Positions 56,901-64,000 of a DNA stretch of 64,000 nucleotides are shown here, piece by piece (the first letter of the stretch is position 1; each line of letters starts with the position of its first letter). The DNA comes from an uncultured Clostridiaceae bacterium. Lineage in GTDB: Bacteria > Bacillota > Clostridia > Saccharofermentanales > UBA5734. Location: NCBI GenBank assembly GCA_942493365.1, contig OW818697.1, positions 2,276,093 through 2,340,092 of the forward strand. The letters are read 5' to 3'. Below the pieces are notes generated by a model that made no database searches, was not told the origin of the DNA, and was given only the letters and a program-made list of their open reading frames with translations. Position numbers and translations under genes: made by a program.

Positions 56901-57004
56901 TCGTGCAGGGTTTGCTGCTGTTCATCCGTTGATTGGACAGACCGGTCACCGGATCGTATGCTTTGATCGGGGATATCTCTTCGCTTTACCATGGCACGCC
57001 TCAT
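53906..57004 (-). CDS. Multi-PAS sensor protein with GGDEF and HD-GYP domains
   Basis: 1032 aa with several PAS/PAC modules. The GGDEF motif is RVGGDEFAILL. The HD-GYP motifs are HDIGKIGVDEAILN and HHEKWDGSGYPRGL. Confidence 0.88.
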   Translation of the reverse strand: MRRAMVKRRDIPDQSIRSGDRSVQSTDEQQQTLHELRVHQIELEMQNEELRRIQLELELARTRYFDLYDLAPVGYATINEAGLVLEANLAACDLLRTPRGGLVRKAISKFILKDDQDIYYRHRKVLFSTGDPQQCELRMIRNDKSVFWAHLTAKTQQDEQGQTVCRAVLSDISQFKAIENELRVSEMKYRSLIESSCDVIFCVDEKGVYQFTNSVFAKTFDQTPEYFIGKSFWDIYDQEQADYRFAAVQKVFRTGTSESLEVTVPLKNKTLYFQATISPIKDENNNVVLALTHSIDITSRKLAEFKLRESEERFAKIFHSSPSVITITRVSDGQLLDVNEAFCRASGYTRQEAMASSSIMLNLWADPKDREAVMTRLSRGESVSNKEYSFRKKDGQIIVALFAAQIIHVANEPVILSNILDISDRKRADIELTHSHELMRYIIEHNKSAIAVHDRDLNYLYVSQRYLDDYGIEDKDIIGKHHYDVFPDLPQKWRIVHQKALKGEISSAEEDPYPRADGTTDWTRWECRPWYENDGQIGGIIIYTEVITERKNLEIALANENSLLKTTLASVGDGVISTDHQGHIVLVNRVAEALTGWTQSQAKGKLIQDVFAVVDELSREPCEDIVYAVLCSGKIIEVDSNCILIGKDGTERSIEQNAAPIVQDNGQIIGVVLVFRDVSEKKKKQDEIEYLSYHDHLTGLYNRRHFDDQMKQLDQLKASHLTLIMADVNGLKLTNDAFGHRVGDILLEKVASILKRECRAEDIVSRVGGDEFAILLPETDSEHADKLIARINAAIANEKMDNITLSVSIGYAVKLQDTDDIKDIYRQAEDDMYRRKLSESSSMRSKTIDLIMSTLFAKSNREMAHSKRVSEMSEAIAEKMGFNRKDIEQIRITGLMHDIGKIGVDEAILNSHNKLNHHELKQIQKHPEIGFRILSAVNEFSLVANDVLCHHEKWDGSGYPRGLKGTEISLQARIIGLADAYDAMTSIRTYQKVHSEEEAAQEIMHCAGTQFDPEIARVFVEKVLGKTWGDSA

Positions 57005-57016
57005 GATCTGACTCTG

Positions 57017-59995
57017 CTATTTGGCTTCTCGTTCTGTGGTTGCAATCGCATAAATTTGCCCGGCTTCATCCTGTAATGCTGTGGCGGTGACCCAAACATT
57101 TAGCACAGCACCATTCTTGGCTGTTCTCTGGGTTCGATAGGGCTCTATCACCTCGGATTGGGTAAGTTTGTAAAGAATCGCCATTTCGTCATTTTTATGA
57201 TCTTTGGGAATACGGTCGCGAACATTCATTTGCAGGGCCTCGGCCTCAAGCCAACCATACATGCGACAGGCGGATGGATTCCATGCCATGATCCTGCCAT
57301 CCATGCTCTGAACAGTGATCGCGTCGTGAGAGTCCCGCACCACCACAGCCAGCCGCAACAGATCATTGGCCTGCTTGAGAACTTGACGCGCCTGAACGGT
57401 TGACGAAATATCAACAAAGGTCAGCACGGCACCTTCAATAACATTATCAAGAGTACGGTAGGGCTGAATCCGCATGGAATACCATCGGTCATCGGTCGTC
57501 GGCAACTCAATCTCTTTGGCCGTCAAGGTGTCCAGTACAGCCTGGATGTCGGGTGCCAAACAATTATAACTTGTCAAATTGGTCGCGATGTGCGTGATCG
57601 GCCGACCAACATCACTGGCAATCAGGTTGATGATGCGGGTTGCCGAGGGGGTAAACCGCAGTATTTGCAATTGATGATTGACAAACACCGTGCCGATGCC
57701 GGTACCGGCCACCAGATTGTTCATGTCATTGTTGACCCGCGACAAGTCGGCGACATTGTTTTGCAGTTCGGTGTTAACCGTCGTCAGCTCCTCGTTCATG
57801 GACTGCAGTTCTTCTTTGGACGTTTCCAGCTCTTCGTTGGTCGACTGCATTTCTTCGTTGACCGACTGCAACTCTTCATTGGACGATTTAAGTTCTTCGT
57901 TGATGGTTTGCAATTCTTCGTTGGCTGACTGCAGGTATTCATCTTTGGTAATAAGCTCTTTCTGAAGTGCGGCTATTCGGGCATCGTTGTCGGGCAGTCC
58001 ATTGATCGTGATCGCTCGATCCAAACTGTTCACGTTTTCCGGCATCTCCTCCAGCACAACCAGATAGAGCTGCGAGTCGTTGATTTCGGTCGAATCTGGC
58101 GCAACGGGGCAAACGATCATGTTAACCGTGACAATACGGCTTTTGTCTTTAATGTGCAAACCTGGACTGAATATCGTTTCGTTGGTTGTGACAGCTTTGC
58201 GCAAGGCATTGGCCAGCTCAACCTGCAGCCCTTTGCGGGCCATTTTTAGAATATTATTGATACCGGATTCCCCGGGTGCAGGCTCAAGAAAGGCCCCGGT
58301 ACGACCATGTAGATACAGCAAATCGCCATGGGCATTGATCAGCGCACCCGCAAGATTATCCCGATTGATCATGTTCTGTTCCGTCAGTTCCTTCAAGGAT
58401 CGTTTGGCGGGTAGGGCTAGCCTGTCTCTTGGTTGCTGAACTTTGTCACGGGGCACCACGGATGAACTGTAATGCTTCGACATGCCCTCCCACAAGCTTT
58501 CATCAGTTTCTTTGCGCCTATAGAGCTTGGCTTTGCGATCGATGGCACTGAATAAATGATCCAATTCACCCAACGTTTCTGATGTGCCCAGAAAAAGTGC
58601 TCCGCCAGCATTCAGGGCATAATGGAACAGCGGTATCAATTTACGCTGCAGACCGCCGCCCATGTAAATTAATAAATTGCGGCAGCTGATCAAGTCCAGC
58701 CTGGAAAATGGCGGGTCAAGGATTATGTCCTGCTCGGAGAAAACCAGCATATCGCGAATACTCTTTTTGATGCGGTAGGATAAACCATCGGTTTCGAGGC
58801 TGAAAAACTCGGCCAGCCGTTCCGGTGAAATATCCGTAGCAATGCTGGACGAGTAAAAGCCGGTACGGGCAACAGCGATGGCCTGTCTGTCAATATCGGT
58901 CGCAAAAATCAGTATTTTATAACTCTTTTTCAACATCTTCATGGCTTCCTGCAGCAGGATAGCAATCGAATAGGCTTCCTCACCGGTGGAGCAGCCCGCG
59001 CACCAGACGCGGATGGTTTCGCCGGCCGTTTTGTCGGCGAACAGCTTGGGAATCACCTGTTCCTTGAGGACCAGGAAGGCGTCAGGATCGCGGAAAAAGC
59101 TGGTCACTCCAATCAGCAGATCACGAAAAAGCGATTCCACCTCAATCGGAGACTGCTGGATGTATCTGGTGTAGCCGTCAATTGAATCAATCTGATTGAC
59201 TGCCATCCGCCGTTCAATGCGTCGGTTGATGGTGCTCAACTTGTACTGCGAAAAATCGTGCCCGGTTTGGTCGCGCAGACGAACAAATATTTTTTTGAGC
59301 GCATTTTCGAACTTGGGTGCAGGCGTGTCGGAAACTCGAACGGGATTGCCATAGGCATGCGCGGCATAGGCGATGAGCTGGGCGGGCATTTCGGCTGGCG
59401 ATATTTCATAGTCAATCAGTCCCGTGGCTATGGCGCTGCGCGGCATACCATCGAACTCGGTTGATTCCGGGTTTTGCGCCATGGCCATGCCGCCTTCGGC
59501 CTTTATCGCTCGCACGCCCTGTGTGCCGTCGCTGCCGGTACCGGAGAGCACAATGCAAATGGCTTTTTCGTGAAGGTCTTGGGCAAGGGATCGGAAGAAG
59601 AAGTCAATCGGCAGACGCTGTCCGCGCGGTGCTGAGGGTTGCAGCAGCTGCAGGGTGCCATTGATAAAAGCCATGTCAAAGTTTGGCGGGATGATGTAAG
59701 CGCAATTGGGCTGAACGACCATGCCATCTTCCACTTCGAAAACCTGCATACAGGTAAAGTGCCTGATCAGTTCGGTCAAGATGCTTTTGTGATCCGGAGC
59801 CAGATGCTGAACCAACACAAAAGCCATGTCCGGGTTGGTATTGGCGGGCATGCCGGAAAAGAACGCTTCAAAAGCAGCCAGGCCGCCCGCCGATGCACCA
59901 ATGCCTACGATCGGGAAGTCACGTGCCGGATGGCTCGACTCAGAGTTTAGAGCCGGTTGATCGGTCTTTTTTGGATCTCTCTTCTTAATCGCCAT
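57017..59995 (-). CDS. CheB methylesterase / CheR methyltransferase fusion protein with a coiled-coil linker and C-terminal PAS domains
   Basis: The N-terminal part is CheB-like (IVGIGASAGGL...VLSGTGSDG). The middle part is CheR-like SAM methyltransferase (VWCAGCSTGEEAYS). A NEELxSxNEEL heptad tract and two PAS-like regions follow. The start is at the ATG (MAIKKRD), 5 nt after AGGAG. Confidence 0.85.
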   Translation of the reverse strand: MAIKKRDPKKTDQPALNSESSHPARDFPIVGIGASAGGLAAFEAFFSGMPANTNPDMAFVLVQHLAPDHKSILTELIRHFTCMQVFEVEDGMVVQPNCAYIIPPNFDMAFINGTLQLLQPSAPRGQRLPIDFFFRSLAQDLHEKAICIVLSGTGSDGTQGVRAIKAEGGMAMAQNPESTEFDGMPRSAIATGLIDYEISPAEMPAQLIAYAAHAYGNPVRVSDTPAPKFENALKKIFVRLRDQTGHDFSQYKLSTINRRIERRMAVNQIDSIDGYTRYIQQSPIEVESLFRDLLIGVTSFFRDPDAFLVLKEQVIPKLFADKTAGETIRVWCAGCSTGEEAYSIAILLQEAMKMLKKSYKILIFATDIDRQAIAVARTGFYSSSIATDISPERLAEFFSLETDGLSYRIKKSIRDMLVFSEQDIILDPPFSRLDLISCRNLLIYMGGGLQRKLIPLFHYALNAGGALFLGTSETLGELDHLFSAIDRKAKLYRRKETDESLWEGMSKHYSSSVVPRDKVQQPRDRLALPAKRSLKELTEQNMINRDNLAGALINAHGDLLYLHGRTGAFLEPAPGESGINNILKMARKGLQVELANALRKAVTTNETIFSPGLHIKDKSRIVTVNMIVCPVAPDSTEINDSQLYLVVLEEMPENVNSLDRAITINGLPDNDARIAALQKELITKDEYLQSANEELQTINEELKSSNEELQSVNEEMQSTNEELETSKEELQSMNEELTTVNTELQNNVADLSRVNNDMNNLVAGTGIGTVFVNHQLQILRFTPSATRIINLIASDVGRPITHIATNLTSYNCLAPDIQAVLDTLTAKEIELPTTDDRWYSMRIQPYRTLDNVIEGAVLTFVDISSTVQARQVLKQANDLLRLAVVVRDSHDAITVQSMDGRIMAWNPSACRMYGWLEAEALQMNVRDRIPKDHKNDEMAILYKLTQSEVIEPYRTQRTAKNGAVLNVWVTATALQDEAGQIYAIATTEREAK
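57750..57935 (-). repeat. Roughly eight tandem 21-nt (heptad-coding) repeats inside the CheB/CheR gene
   Basis: This tract encodes NEELQTI NEELKSS NEELQSV NEEMQST NEELETS KEELQSM NEELTTV NTELQNN. It is a coding coiled coil, not a non-coding array. Confidence 0.8.
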
Positions 59996-60107
59996 AGCAT
60001 CTCCTGCCCATCTTGTGTTGCGCAGACTGCCAACCAAGAACAGTGCCGGTCCGGGATCAGATCGAGATTAAATCGAATGCATTTATTATATAACAGCTGA
60101 CGTCTGA

Positions 60108-60458
60108 TTACAGCAGTTTTTCACCAAATCTGCGGCCGCCAATCAGATGGAAGTGAACGTGATTGATCGTCTGGCCGCCATCTTTACCGCAATTGTTGAT
60201 CAGGCGGAAACCGCCAGCTGCGACGCCGGCCTTTTCGGCAATGCGGGGCACAGCTTTGAGGATGGCCGCCATAATTTTGCTGCCCTCTGCTGCGGCCGCC
60301 AGTTCGAGGATGTCGCCGGCGTGGCAGCGGGGCACGATCAGGATATGCGTCGGTGCGACGGGGTGCAGGTCGTTGAAGGCAACCAGATCGTCGTCCTGAT
60401 AAACCATTTTTGCGGGGATCTCACCGGCGATGATTTTACAAAAAACACAGTCGTGCAT
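60108..60458 (-). CDS. HIT-family (histidine triad) nucleotide hydrolase
   Basis: 116 aa with the N-terminus CVFCKIIAGEIP and the HIT motif HVHFHLIGG. Confidence 0.9.
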   Translation of the reverse strand: MHDCVFCKIIAGEIPAKMVYQDDDLVAFNDLHPVAPTHILIVPRCHAGDILELAAAAEGSKIMAAILKAVPRIAEKAGVAAGGFRLINNCGKDGGQTINHVHFHLIGGRRFGEKLL

Positions 60459-60472
60459 GGTGTCGCCTCCAT

Positions 60473-63136
60473 TTATTTTGAAGTTTGTTGAATGGCCAGC
60501 TCGCGGGCCGCCCGCAGGGCTGCCGGGATTTTCTCCACATCGCGGCCGCCGGCCTGCGCCATGTCGGGGCGACCGCCGCCGCCACCGCCGGTCAGACTGG
60601 CAGCCTGCTTGACGAGATTGCCGGCGTGGACACCGGCTTTGACGGCCTCCGGCGAGGCCATGGCCACCAGCGCGACTTTGTCCTGGGTCCTGGCCGCCAG
60701 TACGACGACGCCCGGCGCGATCAGATCGCGAATGCGATCAGCCGCGTCGCGCAGCTGGTCGGCGTCGGCCACAGCGATTTCGCCCGTGACCAGGCGCAGA
60801 CCGTTGATGGTTTCGGCGGTTGCCGCCAGCTCATCGGCGGCAGCGGCGATTTGACCACCCTGGACGGCGGCCAAAGCCCTTTCCAGTTGTTTGCTGTTTT
60901 CCAGGGTTTGGCTGATTTTGGCCAGCAACTCCTGCGGCTGCGCCTTGAACAATCCGGCCGCTTCCTGCACCAGCATATCCTGCTGGCGCACGGCCTGCCA
61001 GGCCGCCTGGCCGGTGATGCCTTCGATGCGCCGGACGCCCGCGGCCACGCCGCCCTCAGAAACCAGGCGGAAGAGACAGGCCTCGGATGACTGCTTGAGG
61101 TGGGTGCCGCCGCACAGCTCGCGGCTGAAATCGCCGACGGTGATGACGCGGACGCTGTCGCCGTATTTTTCGTCAAACAGCGCCATGGCACCGGTCTGGC
61201 GGGCCTCGTCGAGGCTCATGATGGTCGTGTTGACCGGATCGTTGCGCAGGATGGCATCGTTGACGATCTGTTCGACCGTCAGTTTTTCGTCGATGGTCAG
61301 TGGTTGAAAATGATGAAAGTCAAAGCGCAGGCGGTCGGCAGAAACGGCCGAACCAGCCTGGGTGACGTGATCGCCGAGAACCTGCTGCAACGCTTTGTGC
61401 AGCAGATGGGTGGTGGTGTGGTTGCGGGCGGTGGCCAGACGGTTGGCGGGATCGACCTGCAGGCTGACCGCTTCGCCAGTGCGCAGGATGCCCTCCTCGA
61501 CCAGGGCGGCATGCTGGATCAGCCCTTCGGCCGTTTTGGTCGTGTCCTGAACCGACAGGCGACCGTTTTCGGTGACGATGACGCCGGTGTCGCCGGCCTG
61601 ACCGCCGGAAGCTGCGTAAAACGGCGAACGAGTGGTGATGACGATGACGGTCTGGCCTTCCTCGACCGATTCAACCAGCTGGAGGCCATTGAGTTCGCCG
61701 TTGCTGACCAGGATAGCCAAAACCTGTGCTTGATCGTTCAGCAGGTCGTAACCGGTGAAGACTGTGGCTTTACTGCGGTCAACACCTTCCGGCAGCGCGG
61801 CCTGACTCCAGGCCGAACCGGCCTTGTCGCGCAGCGCCTTGCGGGCCATGTCGCGTTGTTTGTTCATTTCGAGGTGGAAGCCGGCCTCGTCGATCTGAAG
61901 GCCTTGCTCTTCGGCGATTTCACGGGTCAGATCGAGTGGAAAGCCGTAAGTGTCGTGCAGGCGGAAGACCTCTTCGCCGCCCAGAATGGCGCGGCCGGCG
62001 GCGCGGGCAGCGGCCAGGTAACCGTCGAGGATGGCCGACCCCTGCTGAATGGTCTCTTCAAATCGCTCTTCTTCGATGCGGATGACGCGGGTAATCTGAT
62101 CCTGGCGCGCGCCCAGCTCGGGATAGGCGGTGACCGATTCGCGAATGACAACGCGGGCGACCTGGTGCAGGAACGATCCCTCGATGCCCAGCATGCGGCC
62201 AAAGCGGGCAGCGCGGCGCAGCAGGCGGCGCAGCACGTAGCCGCGGCCTTCGTTGGAGGGCACGATGCCGTCGCTGACCATCATGACCGTGCTGCGGATG
62301 TGGTCGGTGATGACGCGAATGGCCGTATCGGTTTTGCCGTCGCGGCCGTAATCGGCCTTGGCGGTTTTGCAGATGAAGTCGAGAATGGCGCGGATGGTGT
62401 CGACCTCGAACAGGTTGTCGACGCCCTGCATGATGCAGGCCAGACGTTCGAGCCCCATGCCGGTGTCGATGTTTTTCTTGGTCAGCGGCGTGTAGCTGCC
62501 ATCTTCCTCGCGGTTGTACTGGGTGAAAACCAAGTTCCAAAATTCGACGTAACGGTCGCAGTCGCAGCCGACCTGGCAATCGGGCTTGTCACAACCCTTG
62601 TCGGCGCCGCGGTCAAAGTAAATCTCCGAGCAGGGGCCGCAGGGGCCGATGCCGTGTTCCCAGAAATTATCAGCCTTGCCCAGACGGAAAATCTTGGTCG
62701 CCGGCAGGCCGACAACGTCTTGCCAGATTTGCCAGGCCTCGTCATCCTCTTGATAGACGGTGACAAATAGCTTGTCCTCGGGCATTTTCATGACTTTGGT
62801 GCAAAATTCCCAAGCCCAGACGATGATTTCCTTCTTGAAATAGTCGCCGAAGGAAAAATTGCCCAGCATCTCAAAATAGGTGCCGTGGCGCGACGTCTTG
62901 CCGACGCGCTCAATGTCGGGCGTGCGGATGCACTTCTGGCAGGTGGTCACCCGCGGCGAGGGCGGCGTCTGCGCGCCGGTAAAATAAGGCTTGAGCGGCG
63001 TCATGCCGGCGTTGATCAGCAAAATCGAGGGGTCGTTTTTCGGCACCAGCGAGAAGCTGGGCAGCCGCAAATGACCTTTGGATTCAAAGTAGGCCAGGAA
63101 CATTTCACGGATTTGGTTCAAACTGTAAGGTTGCAT
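60473..63136 (-). CDS. alaS: Alanyl-tRNA synthetase
   Basis: 887 aa. The N-terminus has FLAYFESKGHLRLPSFSLVP. The editing-domain motifs HTTTHLLH and CGGTH are present, and there is a DHHA1-type C-terminus. Confidence 0.93.
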   Translation of the reverse strand: MQPYSLNQIREMFLAYFESKGHLRLPSFSLVPKNDPSILLINAGMTPLKPYFTGAQTPPSPRVTTCQKCIRTPDIERVGKTSRHGTYFEMLGNFSFGDYFKKEIIVWAWEFCTKVMKMPEDKLFVTVYQEDDEAWQIWQDVVGLPATKIFRLGKADNFWEHGIGPCGPCSEIYFDRGADKGCDKPDCQVGCDCDRYVEFWNLVFTQYNREEDGSYTPLTKKNIDTGMGLERLACIMQGVDNLFEVDTIRAILDFICKTAKADYGRDGKTDTAIRVITDHIRSTVMMVSDGIVPSNEGRGYVLRRLLRRAARFGRMLGIEGSFLHQVARVVIRESVTAYPELGARQDQITRVIRIEEERFEETIQQGSAILDGYLAAARAAGRAILGGEEVFRLHDTYGFPLDLTREIAEEQGLQIDEAGFHLEMNKQRDMARKALRDKAGSAWSQAALPEGVDRSKATVFTGYDLLNDQAQVLAILVSNGELNGLQLVESVEEGQTVIVITTRSPFYAASGGQAGDTGVIVTENGRLSVQDTTKTAEGLIQHAALVEEGILRTGEAVSLQVDPANRLATARNHTTTHLLHKALQQVLGDHVTQAGSAVSADRLRFDFHHFQPLTIDEKLTVEQIVNDAILRNDPVNTTIMSLDEARQTGAMALFDEKYGDSVRVITVGDFSRELCGGTHLKQSSEACLFRLVSEGGVAAGVRRIEGITGQAAWQAVRQQDMLVQEAAGLFKAQPQELLAKISQTLENSKQLERALAAVQGGQIAAAADELAATAETINGLRLVTGEIAVADADQLRDAADRIRDLIAPGVVVLAARTQDKVALVAMASPEAVKAGVHAGNLVKQAASLTGGGGGGRPDMAQAGGRDVEKIPAALRAARELAIQQTSK

Positions 63137-63174
63137 AATTGCAAGCCGCTCCTTTTGCTTTGAGAATGGTTTAA

Positions 63175-63203
63175 ATTCTACACTAAAAGCGGCGGGTCAG
63201 CAA
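63175..63203 (-). promoter_or_regulatory. alaS promoter
   Basis: On the minus strand: TTGCTG (63203-63198), a 17-nt spacer, then TAGAAT (63180-63175). This leaves a leader of only ~35 nt, too short for a T-box. Confidence 0.55.
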
Positions 63204-63269
63204 TCAGAGCAACCATACAATTCTCTGTCGAGCGTTTCGATAAGATCATTTATAAATTGATTATCTTCG

Positions 63270-63578
63270 CTATTTTAAAAGATTACCGTATTCTGTCGAA
63301 CCATGAGCGATGTGATAGACATATGCCACATCGCCAACTAATCGATAGATACAAAGATATTGATCACATATCAGCATCCGATAATCCTGTCCTTTTAATT
63401 CGTTATCTGGTACATGCGTACAAGACAATGGAAATTCCGCGAGCCGTTCCAATGCATCCAGAATTCTGTCTGTGATCTTCTTTGCGGAAATGGGTCCCAC
63501 CATCTGCAGATGATAATCTGCGATTTCTTCAAGTTCTCTCCAGGCCGATTCAAGTATTTCGACCTTAATCTTTGGCAT
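63270..63578 (-). CDS. Type II toxin, RelE/ParE family
   Basis: 102 aa starting MPKIKVEILESAWRELEEIADY and ending YRLVGDVAYVYHIAHGS. It overlaps the upstream antitoxin gene by 14 nt. Confidence 0.8.
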   Translation of the reverse strand: MPKIKVEILESAWRELEEIADYHLQMVGPISAKKITDRILDALERLAEFPLSCTHVPDNELKGQDYRMLICDQYLCIYRLVGDVAYVYHIAHGSTEYGNLLK

Positions 63579-63834
63579 GATATTTTTCCTCGATGCGCTC
63601 CCTTGCTTCTTGCAGTGAAACAGTTGGTGCACCGGATAATCTTGAATTTTCTGCCGACATTATTTTGGCGCGCAGCTTTAAAACTTGCTCTCTCTTTTCG
63701 AAAGCCTCTATACTCATAACAACGATGTCACCTTCGCCATTTTTAGTGATATAGATGGGCTCTGCCGCTTCATGGGCAAGATTGGATATCGTGCCATAGT
63801 CATTTCTGAGTGATGTCGAAGATTTGATTATCAT
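63565..63834 (-). CDS. Type II antitoxin, Phd/YefM family
   Basis: 89 aa. The N-terminus STSLRNDYGTISNLAHEAAEPIYITKNGEGDIVVMSIEAFEK is typical of Phd/YefM. Confidence 0.8.
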   Translation of the reverse strand: MIIKSSTSLRNDYGTISNLAHEAAEPIYITKNGEGDIVVMSIEAFEKREQVLKLRAKIMSAENSRLSGAPTVSLQEARERIEEKYHAKD

Positions 63835-63856
63835 ACGATCGCCCCTTACAATTCAT

Positions 63857-63882
63857 TATTATGCTACTATTATGCTATTATT
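63857..63882. repeat. Tandem 11-bp direct repeats in the TA promoter region (candidate autoregulatory operator)
   Basis: TATTATGCTAC, TATTATGCTAT and a partial TATT lie 23-48 nt upstream of the antitoxin ATG. The period is one helical turn. On the coding strand each unit contains CATAAT. Confidence 0.55.
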
Positions 63883-64000
63883 CTGTCATTATATCAATAG
63901 GCTGTAACAACGATGTCACGTTTTGTCATGTCGTTGTATTTTGGCCGATTTGTGATAAAATTATCTGCATCATCTGTTCATTGAATTTTTTAGTTTGAAA

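Noticed and set aside
57750-57935. A regular 21-nt periodic repeat that could be mistaken for a tandem-repeat or CRISPR-like array.
   Set aside because: It is in frame within the CheB/CheR-PAS gene and encodes the NEELxSxNEEL heptad coiled coil that is characteristic of this protein family. There are no spacers and no non-coding context.

Overview
This 64-kb chromosomal segment looks like a moderately GC-rich Firmicute, probably Clostridia-like. Supporting signatures are RNase J, TmcAL, DUF1934, rpsU-yqeY, recJ-relA, ackA-pta, and an Rrf2/CymR-type regulator next to cysK. I can support about 55 protein genes, mostly on the minus strand.

Housekeeping content:
- Ribosomal proteins: rpmF with a YceD-type neighbour, rpsT, and rpsU (rpsU is missing from the ORF track).
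- Cell wall: murI-ddl.
- tRNA synthetases: proS, tyrS, alaS.
- Other core genes: ackA-pta, tmcAL, rnj, relA, recJ.
- Cysteine module: C-S lyase, Rrf2 regulator, cysK.
- Copper module: copA, a lipoprotein and csoR, plus an HMA-permease-cupredoxin fusion.
- Dense c-di-GMP signalling: two HD-GYP proteins, a REC-GGDEF protein, and a CheB/CheR-PAS fusion.

AT-richer accessory patches (judged by eye) interrupt these blocks:
1. A cluster of four zinc-ribbon membrane proteins, split by an intact IS1595-family element.
2. A 5'-truncated RHS toxin cassette with a 2-TM immunity gene, inserted among the copper genes.
3. An ABC-type ATPase plus RloB/TOPRIM-like pair (AbiL-like or split-OLD architecture), near a DUF4143 ATPase.
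4. An unannotated 27-codon hydrophobic ORF with a sequestered ribosome-binding site (SD), bracketed by a perfect 16-bp inverted repeat, just upstream of an HD-GYP gene.
5. A decayed GNAT gene and a lone SWIM protein.
6. A ParE/RelE-Phd/YefM pair at the window end.

I recognised no rRNA, tRNA or CRISPR array. The candidates I consider most worth follow-up are the small-ORF/inverted-repeat unit (34189-34397), the orphan RHS toxin-immunity cassette, and the ATPase/RloB-like pair. Function calls rest on motif recognition by eye; no database search was run. Coordinates of non-ORF features may be off by 1-2 nt.
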